The notes under the pieces were generated by a model, which had not been told where the DNA came from, did not search any database, and saw only the letters and a list, made by a program, of their open reading frames with translations. 32,000 bases of DNA from Dubosiella newyorkensis (GTDB taxonomy: Bacteria > Bacillota_I > Bacilli_A > Erysipelotrichales > Erysipelotrichaceae): the NCBI RefSeq assembly GCF_001945605.1, contig NZ_MPKA01000059.1:13906-45905 (forward strand), written 5' to 3'. Made by a program: the position numbers and the translations under genes. Shown one piece after another: positions 8,264 to 16,558 of the stretch; positions within the stretch are counted from its first letter, which is position 1, and each line of letters starts with the position of its first letter.

Positions 8264-10020
8264 TGAATGAAACAACGAAAACTTCTAAGATCTATAAAGC
8301 TTTAGTCATTGTATTTTCTATTGCTTTAGTCGGTGTGACAGGTTTCTTTTTATATCAATTTTATTCACTACAAGCCCTTCCACCTCAGCTAGTGATCCCG
8401 ATCAGCTGTGCAATCGTTTTGTTTGTACTGATCTTAGTGATTTGCTGGAATCATTTTCAGCATTCGCTTTTTTCAAAGATCTTATTGAGTGTTTTGAATA
8501 TTGGTTGTCTCATCATTTTTTCAGTTGGTGATTTATATTTGAATAAAACGCACGATACTTTGACAACGATCACGCATCAAGCAACCAAAGTGACAAATAC
8601 GGTTTCTTTATTGGTCAAGGCCGATAGTACATACTCTTCAATTCATGATCTCGCCGACATTCAAGTAGGAAGATTAAAATCAATCGATTCTTTGGGAACA
8701 ACTAAGATGTTATCTGATCTAACGAAGCAATATGGTGTCGATACCGAAACGCTTTTACCATTCAAGCTCGTTGATTTTGATAGCGTGGAAAGTGAAGTAA
8801 AAGCTCTTTATGATAATGAAGTGCAAGCAATCATCTTGAATGATCGATATAAAGCGAATGTTGCTGAAATTGAACAATACGCGAACTTCGCGAATGAAAC
8901 TCGTTCTATTTATCAAATCACGTATGTGACCAAAGTGGACAACTCTCCGATCAAAGTACAAGAAATCACAAAGAATCCGTTCAATATCCTCATTTCCGGA
9001 AACGACACTTATGGAGATGTAGGAGAACTTTCTCGTTCGGATGTCAATATGGTTGTTACAGTAAATCCAACGACTAAAACAGTTTTACTAACAAGTATTC
9101 CGCGAGATTCTTATGTAGATGTGTATTGTAATGAACAAGATGCCTGTGCTCTAGGACAAAAAGACAAGATCACACACACAGGAATGTATGGTATCAACAC
9201 GACAAAGCAGACTGTCGAAAAATTGCTAGGTATAACGATCAACTATACATTTAGAGCGAACTTTTCTTCCGTCATGGATATTGTGGATGCGATCGGAGGA
9301 ATCGACGTAGAAATTCCAGAAGGAATGGCTGTGGAAACATTCTATGCCAACCATACACTTGAAGGTGTCAAAGAAGGAATGAACCATTTAGAAGGAGAGC
9401 GTGCCCTAGCGTTCGCAAGAGAAAGATATGCCTACATTGATGGAGATAATCAACGGGTTCGAAACCAGCAAACGGTTTTGAAAGCGATCATCGCAAAAGC
9501 GACATCTCCTGAAATCATCACGAATTACGCGAGTCTACTCGACGCATTCCAAGGCGCGTTCGATACGACCCTTTCCAAAGATGAAATTACGTCTTTGATC
9601 AAATATCAGATCCAAGAAAATCCGCAATGGAAATTTGAAAGCTACCAATTAACAGGAGAAGGCGATCAATTATTTTCTCCAGAATTAGGATCAACCGCGT
9701 ATGTAACGCTTGTAGATCCTACATCGATCACGATGGCACACGACAAGATCGAAGCGGTCCTGCATGGCAAATCAGCCGATTCAATCACCGAACCAGTCTC
9801 GGATTTTACTTCGAATGAGGGTTATGTTCCTTCTTCTAGCTCAAGCGATGGACTCCAAGAAGATTATTATGATCCATACTCAGGTATTCAAAGTTATCCA
9901 GATTATACAGAAAACAATACGTATTACGATCCATCGTATTACGATCAGCCTATAGATGAGCCAGTAACCCAACCAGAAGAAGAACCACTCCCAGGAGGAG
10001 AAGAAATGCCTTCTGAATAA
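8260..10020 (+). CDS. LytR-CpsA-Psr (LCP) family glycopolymer-peptidoglycan ligase (paralog 2)
   Basis: Its ATG overlaps the GT stop (ATGA 8260-8263). It has the same architecture as paralog 1, with ILISGNDTYG...SRSDVNMVVTVNP...LLTSIPRDSY and GERALAFARERYAYIDGDNQRVRNQQTVL. The tail is Tyr/Asp/Pro-rich. Confidence 0.9.
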   Translation: MMNETTKTSKIYKALVIVFSIALVGVTGFFLYQFYSLQALPPQLVIPISCAIVLFVLILVICWNHFQHSLFSKILLSVLNIGCLIIFSVGDLYLNKTHDTLTTITHQATKVTNTVSLLVKADSTYSSIHDLADIQVGRLKSIDSLGTTKMLSDLTKQYGVDTETLLPFKLVDFDSVESEVKALYDNEVQAIILNDRYKANVAEIEQYANFANETRSIYQITYVTKVDNSPIKVQEITKNPFNILISGNDTYGDVGELSRSDVNMVVTVNPTTKTVLLTSIPRDSYVDVYCNEQDACALGQKDKITHTGMYGINTTKQTVEKLLGITINYTFRANFSSVMDIVDAIGGIDVEIPEGMAVETFYANHTLEGVKEGMNHLEGERALAFARERYAYIDGDNQRVRNQQTVLKAIIAKATSPEIITNYASLLDAFQGAFDTTLSKDEITSLIKYQIQENPQWKFESYQLTGEGDQLFSPELGSTAYVTLVDPTSITMAHDKIEAVLHGKSADSITEPVSDFTSNEGYVPSSSSSDGLQEDYYDPYSGIQSYPDYTENNTYYDPSYYDQPIDEPVTQPEEEPLPGGEEMPSE

Positions 10021-10066
10021 AAAAGTCATGATTTCATTTTCTAGATGAAGTCATGACTTTCTTTTT
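10021..10066. terminator. Bidirectional rho-independent terminator between convergent LCP and MATE genes
   Basis: Arms GTCATGATTTCAT (10025-10037) / ATGAAGTCATGAC (10045-10057) with one G-T wobble. It is flanked by AAAA upstream and TTTCTTTTTT downstream, so it is T-rich in both directions. Confidence 0.75.
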
Positions 10067-11481
10067 TATTCTAAGGCAAGTTCTGGTTTGTTTTTTACTT
10101 CGAGTTCTTGACTTTCCTTTTCTTTCTGCAAGATCTTTGAAGCAGGACGCTTTATGAATAAAGCAACGATCAAACTTAAGGCTGCAAGACCTAATGAGAT
10201 AGGAAAGATCATCATGATCGTTTGAAAGCTTGGAAAGTTTGGAAATACAAAGGCTACCCAGCTGATTCGAGATCCACAAATCGACAAACTTGTTAAAAAT
10301 GCAGGAAGAAGCGAGATGCCAAAACCACGTAAATAACCAGAAATCACGTCATACGTAAGAGAAAAAGCATAGGCGGGGAAAATGATCATCATTCGCATAT
10401 AGCCTAGATTGATTACATCGGGATCGCCATTGAAGATCGAAAGCAAGTTTTTTCCAAAACAAAGAATTAAAACAATGGAAGCAAAAGTGAGCATCGCGCT
10501 TTCTGTTAAACATACTTTAAGTATTTGTTTGCATCGGGCAATTTGATGTGCGCCATAGTTTTGACCCACAAAAGTCGTGCACGCTTGTCCAAAGGAAGCT
10601 AAGACATTGAATGCGAAAATTTCAATATTCATAGCGGCACTGCTGGCTGCCATAACTAAAGTGCCAAGAGAATTTGTCGCTCCTTGAACGATCACGTTCG
10701 CGATCGAAAAAACTGAACTTTGGATACCAGCAGGGATCCCGATCCTCAAGATCCGAACGAGGACGTATCGATTAAAATCCAAATGTCTTAAATCTAGATG
10801 AATGATTGTTTTTGAACGAATAAGCTTGATCAATAAAATGGTCGAACTCATTGCGTTTGAGACAACTGTCGCGATCGCGACCCCTTCTACATCCAGCTTA
10901 AATCCAATAACAAATACTAAATTCAAGATTACATTCAGAACACCAGAAATAGACAAAACGAATAGAGGAGTTTTCGTATCGCCTGCTCCTCTTAAGATAG
11001 CGGCTTCAAAATTATAAAGCAGGATCACGGGCATTCCGATCAAATAGATACGCAAATAGATGGTCGCCATATTCATGACTTCAGAAGGCACGCTTAAAGA
11101 CGCTAATAGGGGATCGACGATCCATTGTCCGCCGATCGCGAGCAATATCCCTCCAGCCAAGGCGATCAAAATAGAAGTTCCGATCGCGCTATGAATCGTT
11201 CCATTTTGATTCGATCCGATCGCATTGGCGATCACAACATTGCTTCCTAAAGAGATTCCAACAAAGAAGTTGAGCAATAGGGCGACGATTGGAGCGTTCG
11301 CGCCCACAGCGGCCATGGCAGCCGCTCCTCTTTCTTGGGTAAATTGACCGACGATCGCGATATCTGCCGCATTGAACAACTGCTGAAGAATTCCTGTAAA
11401 CGCTAAAGGGATCGCAAATAAAAAGACATTTTTCCACAACGATCCATACAACATCGTAGACTTTTGTTGATCCATACTCAA
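10066..11481 (-). CDS. MATE family efflux transporter
   Basis: SD AAGGAGGG upstream. About 12 TM segments, with a NorM/DinF-like N-terminus (LWKNVFLFAIPLAFTGILQQLFNAADIAIVGQF...AAMAAVGA) and the internal repeat typical of MATE proteins. Confidence 0.9.
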   Translation of the reverse strand: MSMDQQKSTMLYGSLWKNVFLFAIPLAFTGILQQLFNAADIAIVGQFTQERGAAAMAAVGANAPIVALLLNFFVGISLGSNVVIANAIGSNQNGTIHSAIGTSILIALAGGILLAIGGQWIVDPLLASLSVPSEVMNMATIYLRIYLIGMPVILLYNFEAAILRGAGDTKTPLFVLSISGVLNVILNLVFVIGFKLDVEGVAIATVVSNAMSSTILLIKLIRSKTIIHLDLRHLDFNRYVLVRILRIGIPAGIQSSVFSIANVIVQGATNSLGTLVMAASSAAMNIEIFAFNVLASFGQACTTFVGQNYGAHQIARCKQILKVCLTESAMLTFASIVLILCFGKNLLSIFNGDPDVINLGYMRMMIIFPAYAFSLTYDVISGYLRGFGISLLPAFLTSLSICGSRISWVAFVFPNFPSFQTIMMIFPISLGLAALSLIVALFIKRPASKILQKEKESQELEVKNKPELALE

Positions 11482-11585
11482 AAACCCTCCTTAATGTAAG
11501 TATAAAGGAAATTCAAGACAAAAAAGAACATTTCTCAAAGAATGGAACAGTGTTTCAAAATGCTCGAGTAATAAGAGAAGTGGAT

Positions 11586-12428
11586 CTAAAATTTTGTTTC
11601 AATTTTACAAGTGTCTTCCATGATCGAATTTTCTTTAATAATGTGTCCAATCGAATCAGCTTTGATAAAACCACTTTTTGGATTCTTGACGGATTTGATG
11701 ATTCCTTTAATGGTCGCTTCGACTTGAGAGTATTCGAACGCAAGATCGGTATCGATCATTTCGTAGTCGATCAATTTCAAATTCTCGCAATAACAAAGTG
11801 GTTGTGTACCTATGATCTTACAGTTGATCAAGGTGAGGTTTTCAGAAAAATAAGCTAAATATTCACCTTTGATCGTCGAGTCTTTAACAATCACGTTTTT
11901 TGAATGCCAAAATGCGTCCTTTGTGTCTAGTATGGAATTTTCAATCAAGAGGTTTTCCATATATTGGAAGGAATACTTTCCTTTCATTTGAATGTTTTTT
12001 ACAAACACATCTTTCGAGTCTAGAAATAGATATTAACTTTCGATCGAAGAGTCGATGAGCTCTATATCTTTTGATTTCCATCCAAACTTTTTCGATCGGA
12101 TTTGGCTATTTTTGATTTGAATATTTTGACATTCACGAATCGCTTTGATATCAAATAGTTTTGTTTGATCGATTTTTCCAAACTTTGAATACCAAATTGC
12201 CGCTCTTGTTTTCTCATCGAAAGAAGAATCTTTTAAAACAAAAGTATCGACATGGCATAAAGGATAGCGAAGCGAAAAAGAAGAATCGAAGACTTCAATA
12301 TTCCTTGATTCCTTCAAGACCGATTCTCCATCTCGTATTCCAGCAAAAAGACAGTGATCAATTGTAACGTTTTTCGAATTATATAGTGCGCGTTCTTCAT
12401 CAAATTGTTTAATTTTTATAATTTCCAT
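11586..12428 (-). pseudogene. DUF3737-like beta-helix repeat protein gene interrupted by one in-frame TAA
   Basis: ATG 12428 sits 7 nt after AGAGGAG. The ORF-track pieces 12033..12626 (its 3' two-thirds) and 11586..12008 are in the same frame. They read ...SSIES-TAA(12033-12035)-YLFLDSKDVFVKNIQ.... The joined product of about 279 aa has repeated KN/ENxxIxxSxI motifs. The family name is from memory of DUF3737 proteins of about 280 aa. Confidence 0.7.
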
Positions 12429-12626
12429 GTTTTGTCTCCTCTTTGATTTCATAGCACAGTTGGTCAAGTATAGCCAACTTGTCTTGTTGTTTGTGAACTT
12501 CATCAAGCTGTTTTCGTCTAAGTTCGTTAAATATCGATTTGGTTGTCTATGATTTTGGTATTTTTCAATATCTTCATGCGAACATCCGCAATTTTTTAAA
12601 CAATCACAGACGTATCTTTGATCCAT
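12409..12626 (-). pseudogene. Small Cys-rich protein gene (CDC...CGC N-terminus) with a frameshift
   Basis: The N-terminal frame gives MDQRYVCDCLKNCGCSHEDIEKYQ. The plausible C-terminus (FNELRRKQLDEVHKQQDKLAILDQLCYEIKEE, stop at 12409-12411) is in another frame that opens only after a TAG near 12555. The 197-aa track ORF is therefore a chimera of this gene and the DUF3737-like gene. Confidence 0.5.
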
Positions 12627-12745
12627 TTTTCTTTCCTTCTATAGATGCGATATTCAAGTTATTTCTATATTTCCAATACTGGTTTTCTATAACTACTATA
12701 GGAATAATGAATAGGATTTTTTATAATGGAAGAGGGGTATTTTTA

Positions 12746-12922
12746 ATGGATATTCGAACAATGCGTTATTTTTTTAGCCGTGGTACCAGAAGAAAATATT
12801 ACGAGAGCTGCTCAAAGGATCCATATCACACAACCTTCGCTTTCTAAGCAAATGAGCGATTTAGAAGCTGAATAAGGAAAAAGCTCTTTGAAAGGGGGAG
12901 CAAAAGAAGACGTTCCAAATAA
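12746..12922 (+). pseudogene. LysR-family transcriptional regulator remnant (HTH region only, multiple lesions)
   Basis: SD GGAAGAGGGG plus ATG 12746 gives MDIRTMRYF. After a +1 shift at the T7 run (12769-12775) the frame reads AVVPEENITRAAQRIHITQPSLSKQMSDLEAE. A TAA (12873-12875) then sits where Leu (TTA) is expected, and a second shift at an A5 run gives GKKLFERGSKR. The remaining ~230 codons of a LysR protein are absent. Confidence 0.8.
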
Positions 12923-13085
12923 AGGATACACGGAAATAGAAGGAAATGTACGAGTAAATTCGAATTGGAATTTTTGAATGACTAAATTCCGATTTTGATG
13001 GTCTGGATTGGAATTTAAGTTTTCAGTTTACATAAAAATATTCGATACACAATCCTATTTTACGAAATCGTAAGGGATGTGTATA

Positions 13086-14966
13086 ATGAGAAATATGGAA
13101 ACTTTATATCAAACTAGATTGTATCAAAATTATCGTAGTGTTTTGATCGTTGTGATCGATCTTTTGATCGTTTTCGCAAGTTATGTATTTACATTTTTCA
13201 TGGATAACAATTTCTTTCTGGATGGAAAGATTTTGCATATTACGCATTTGATCCTTTATGGAATGCTTTTTTTGCTTCTTTTGCATCTCGTTGTTGGGTT
13301 GGTTTTTAGTACTCAAAAAGCATTATGGACCTATACAGGACCTCAAGATATCGTTCGGACTGGACTTAGTTCGCTGACTTGTACTGTAATTATGCTGATC
13401 TTCACGCAAACGATGCATTTATTTCATCCATCTTTGATCATTATTTCGGAAGTGATCGCCTTTTTGTTGCAGCTAGGCGTTCGTTTAGGCTATCGATATC
13501 TGCATCAATATCTACTCAATGTAGACCGAAGCGAAAAAGCGCTCGTGATCGGAGCGGGCAATGGTGGATATATCATGGTCAATGAAATTTATCGGGGAAG
13601 CCGATATCCATACAATGTCGTTGGCTATTTGGATGATTTTAAACCAAAAGGAACCCTGGTCGGCGGGAAAAAAGTGTTAGGAACGACCGAAGAGGTCAAA
13701 GAAATTGTTGAAAAATACGATGTAAAAAACATATTTATCGCAATTTCAAAGATCGATAAAGAAAACAAGCAAAGGATCATTGAACGGTGCGCGGAAACCC
13801 CATGTATCACAAAGATCATGCGCTTTTCTTTAGAAAACGATAAAGAACCTATTCGAGTGGATGAGATCCAAATTGAAGATCTATTGAATCGTCATACGGT
13901 CGATCTGAAAAATGAAGAAATTGGAATGTATTTATCGGATCAAGTAGTCTGCGTGACGGGAGCAGGAGGCTCGATCGGATCTGAATTATGTCGTCAGATC
14001 GTTCAATTTCAACCTAAAAAATTGATCATGATCGATATCAACGAAAATACGCTTTACATGCTTAAGCAAGAATTTATGCGTAAAATGCGGAATGGATCGA
14101 TTTCTCCAAATATTGAACTCATCTCTTTGATCATTTCGATTCGCGAACGAGAAGAGATGTTCAAGTTCATGGAGCAATATCATCCTGATGTTTTATTTCA
14201 TGCGGCAGCCCATAAACATGTTCCGTTGATGGAGGATCGTCCTATGGAAGCAATCAGAAATAATGTCTTCGGCACGAAAAATGTGATCGATGCCTGCATT
14301 CAAGGCGGTGTAAAACGGTTGATCATGATTTCAACCGATAAAGCAGTCAATCCAACCAATGTAATGGGGGCGACAAAGCGGATGACAGAATTGATCTTGC
14401 AGTCAAGAGAACATTCTGGAGAAATCAAGATGGCCGCTGTACGCTTTGGAAATGTTCTAGGTTCGGACGGGTCTGTTATTCCGATTTTTAAAGAACAAAT
14501 CAAGCAAGGTGGACCTGTCACAGTGACAGACTACAATATTCAGCGTTATTTTATGACAATTCCTGAAGCTGCTCAGCTTGTATTGCAAGCTGGTTATTAT
14601 GCCAGCCAACAAGAAATCTTCGTTCTTGATATGGGAAAACCAGTAAAGATCTTGGATCTGGCAGAGAAGATGATACGATTATCTGGATTTAAGCCTTATG
14701 AGGAGATCGCGATCCAAGAGATTGGCTTGAGGCCTGGCGAAAAAATGTTTGAAGAACTCGCTTTGGAGATCGAACAATGTCATCGTACAGACAATAAATT
14801 GATTTTTGTTCATGATCGTCTAGAAATTCCTCAACAGGAAATTGACCAAAAACTAGAAGTATTGAAAAAAACGATCGAAAATACGGACGATATCGCTACG
14901 ATCAAGTCCGTTTTACTCGATTTGATCAAAGATGATCCTGCGTATCGGAATCAAAAGAATCGATAA
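13086..14966 (+). CDS. Membrane-anchored UDP-HexNAc 4,6-dehydratase (CapD/PglF/EpsC-like polysaccharide biosynthesis protein)
   Basis: Four N-terminal TM segments, VTGAGGSIGSEL Rossmann motif, FHAAAHKHVPLME and STDKAVNPTNVMGATKR. ATG 13086 is preferred (AAGGGA 8 nt upstream) over the track start 13077, which has no spacer to the SD. Confidence 0.9.
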   Translation: MRNMETLYQTRLYQNYRSVLIVVIDLLIVFASYVFTFFMDNNFFLDGKILHITHLILYGMLFLLLLHLVVGLVFSTQKALWTYTGPQDIVRTGLSSLTCTVIMLIFTQTMHLFHPSLIIISEVIAFLLQLGVRLGYRYLHQYLLNVDRSEKALVIGAGNGGYIMVNEIYRGSRYPYNVVGYLDDFKPKGTLVGGKKVLGTTEEVKEIVEKYDVKNIFIAISKIDKENKQRIIERCAETPCITKIMRFSLENDKEPIRVDEIQIEDLLNRHTVDLKNEEIGMYLSDQVVCVTGAGGSIGSELCRQIVQFQPKKLIMIDINENTLYMLKQEFMRKMRNGSISPNIELISLIISIREREEMFKFMEQYHPDVLFHAAAHKHVPLMEDRPMEAIRNNVFGTKNVIDACIQGGVKRLIMISTDKAVNPTNVMGATKRMTELILQSREHSGEIKMAAVRFGNVLGSDGSVIPIFKEQIKQGGPVTVTDYNIQRYFMTIPEAAQLVLQAGYYASQQEIFVLDMGKPVKILDLAEKMIRLSGFKPYEEIAIQEIGLRPGEKMFEELALEIEQCHRTDNKLIFVHDRLEIPQQEIDQKLEVLKKTIENTDDIATIKSVLLDLIKDDPAYRNQKNR

Positions 14967-14975
14967 ATATATTTC

Positions 14976-14999
14976 AGAACTGCGAAAGCGGTTCTTTTT
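14976..14999 (+). terminator. Rho-independent terminator after the CapD-like gene
   Basis: Stem AGAACTGC (14976-14983) / GCGGTTCT (14988-14995) with one G-T pair and a GAAA tetraloop, followed by TTTTTAATTTTT. Confidence 0.7.
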
Positions 15000-15070
15000 A
15001 ATTTTTGAATATTGTTAACAAAACAGGATCTACAACAATTATCGCGAAAATCCGAAACGGGACGGAATCA

Positions 15071-15100
15071 TTTTTTTTAGAAGAAAGAGTATGCTAAAAT
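15071..15100 (+). promoter_or_regulatory. Candidate extended -10 promoter (TGcTAAAAT) for the glycosyltransferase operon
   Basis: TGCTAAAAT lies at 15092-15100, about 25 nt before the SD/ATG of the sugar-transferase gene and downstream of a terminator. There is no good -35, only a T8 tract at 15071-15078. Confidence 0.3.
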
Positions 15101-15124
15101 AGAACGGAATTGAAAGGAGAGACT

Positions 15125-15715
15125 ATGTATCAAAAGTATTTTAAGCGAGGAATCGATCTTTTTTTAAGCTTTTGCGGTATTGTGGTATTATCTCCTTTGC
15201 TGCTGATCTTAGCTGTTATCATAAAATGCACATCGAAAGGACCTGTACTTTTTAAGCAAAAAAGAATTGGAAAAAATGATACTCATTTCATGATCTATAA
15301 ATTTAGAACGATGTATACAGACACGCCGAAAGATATGCCGACCCATCTTTTGGAAAATCCTGACGCATTTATTACACCGATCGGTCATTTTTTAAGAAAA
15401 ACAAGTTTAGATGAGCTGCCTCAGCTTTTTAACATTCTTAAAGGCGACATGGCTGTCGTTGGGCCTCGGCCTGCTTTATGGAATCAATATGATTTGATCG
15501 CTCTGCGCGACGAAAATGGTTCTTCTACGATTCGACCAGGATTAACTGGATTAGCGCAAATCAGTGGGCGCGACGAACTCGAGATCCCGATCAAAGCGAA
15601 ACTAGACGGTCAATATGCTCAAAAGATCACATTCTTAGAAGATGTTCGTATTCTCTTCGCGACTGTTTTTTCAGTGCTTTGTTCCGAAGGCGTTCAGGAA
15701 GGGAAGCATTCATGA
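15125..15715 (+). CDS. Small monotopic undecaprenyl-phosphate sugar phosphotransferase (PglC/CapM-like initiating enzyme)
   Basis: ATG 15125 after AAAGGAGAG (the track TTG 15110 is rejected). It has a re-entrant helix (FCGIVVLSPLLLILAVII), KQKRIGKNDTHFMIYKFRTM and DELPQLFNILKGDMAVVGPRP, the bacterial sugar transferase signature. Confidence 0.9.
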   Translation: MYQKYFKRGIDLFLSFCGIVVLSPLLLILAVIIKCTSKGPVLFKQKRIGKNDTHFMIYKFRTMYTDTPKDMPTHLLENPDAFITPIGHFLRKTSLDELPQLFNILKGDMAVVGPRPALWNQYDLIALRDENGSSTIRPGLTGLAQISGRDELEIPIKAKLDGQYAQKITFLEDVRILFATVFSVLCSEGVQEGKHS

Positions 15716-16557
15716 AACGTGTTTTGATTACAGGAAAGCATTCCTATCTTGGCGGACAAGTAAAACAATATCTTGAACAATTTCCTGATTATGAGGTTGA
15801 AGAACTGGATCTTCATACAAATTGGAAAGATTTTGATTTTTCAAACTATGATTCGATATTTCACGTTGCGGGTCTGGCTCATTCGACTCCAAAAGAAGAA
15901 GACCGATCGCTCTATTATCAGATCAATACGGATCTTGCCTATGAAGTAGCTCAAAAAGCGAAAGAATCTGGTTGTAAGCAGTTTATATTTATGTCTTCGA
16001 TCATCGTTTATGGAAATCAAGTCGAGACGATCACTTCGAAAACACCCTTGCTTCCAGAAAATTTCTATGGAGATTCTAAAAAAAAGGCGGAAGAAAAAAT
16101 CTGGCCTTTGAATGATGAGAATTTTCGAGTCTGCATCGTTCGACCACCTATGATCTATGGTCCCAATTCAAAAGGGAATTATCGTCTGCTTTCAAATTTT
16201 GCAAAAAAGATTCCCCTATTTCCGAATGTTTCGAATCACAGAAGTATGTTGTTCGTTGGCAACTTTACAGCATTTATCAAAGGAGTGATCGATCATTCTA
16301 GTTCGGGATTCTTTTTACCTCAAAATAAAGAAGAAGTGGAAACAAGGTATTTAGTGAAAGAAATCGCAAAGATCCATCAACGACCAATGTGGATTTCCAA
16401 TATTTGGAATCCACTGATTCAATTGTTTAAAAATCAAGTTTATATAAAAAAGCTTTTTGGTAATTTAGTAATCGATCCTTCGCTATCTACGTTTGGTTTT
16501 GATTATCAAATCTATACCTTTCAACAATCGATCGTAATCAGTGAAGGAGGAGACTAG
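15712..16557 (+). CDS. NAD-dependent epimerase/dehydratase family SDR (CapN-like; probable 4-keto reductase/epimerase)
   Basis: ATG 15712 overlaps the upstream TGA (ATGA). N-terminus MKRVLITGKHSYLGG, MSS...YGDSKKKAE (S/YxxxK catalytic set) and IVRPPMIYGP. Confidence 0.85.
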   Translation: MKRVLITGKHSYLGGQVKQYLEQFPDYEVEELDLHTNWKDFDFSNYDSIFHVAGLAHSTPKEEDRSLYYQINTDLAYEVAQKAKESGCKQFIFMSSIIVYGNQVETITSKTPLLPENFYGDSKKKAEEKIWPLNDENFRVCIVRPPMIYGPNSKGNYRLLSNFAKKIPLFPNVSNHRSMLFVGNFTAFIKGVIDHSSSGFFLPQNKEEVETRYLVKEIAKIHQRPMWISNIWNPLIQLFKNQVYIKKLFGNLVIDPSLSTFGFDYQIYTFQQSIVISEGGD

Positions 16558-16558
16558 A

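Noticed and set aside
10066-11481. The MATE-like protein as the missing Wzx flippase of the polysaccharide locus, since both belong to the MOP superfamily.
   Set aside because: Its N-terminal pattern (LWK..F.FAIP......LQQLFN.AD...VGQF....AAMAAVG) and internal duplication are typical of NorM/DinF-type drug efflux MATE proteins. It is convergent to the locus, separated by a bidirectional terminator, and a dedicated ABC exporter is already present.
11482-11585. A terminator or promoter structure between the MATE start and the DUF3737-like stop.
   Set aside because: Only very short, imperfect complementary stretches and weak hexamers could be found. Nothing meets the standard of the other terminators in the window, so no feature is called.
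12033-12035. The in-frame TAA as programmed recoding or an alternative genetic code.
   Set aside because: TAA is used as a normal stop by many clearly complete genes in this window (ftsZ, rfbA, rfbC, rfbB, rfbD). No recoding signal is evident, so a nonsense mutation or base-call error is the simpler explanation.
12033-12626. The 197-aa track ORF taken as one protein.
   Set aside because: It is a chimera. Its first ~65 codons belong to a frameshifted small Cys-rich gene. A proper SD plus ATG (12428) begins the DUF3737-like repeat protein, which continues in frame past the TAA into ORF 11586..12008.
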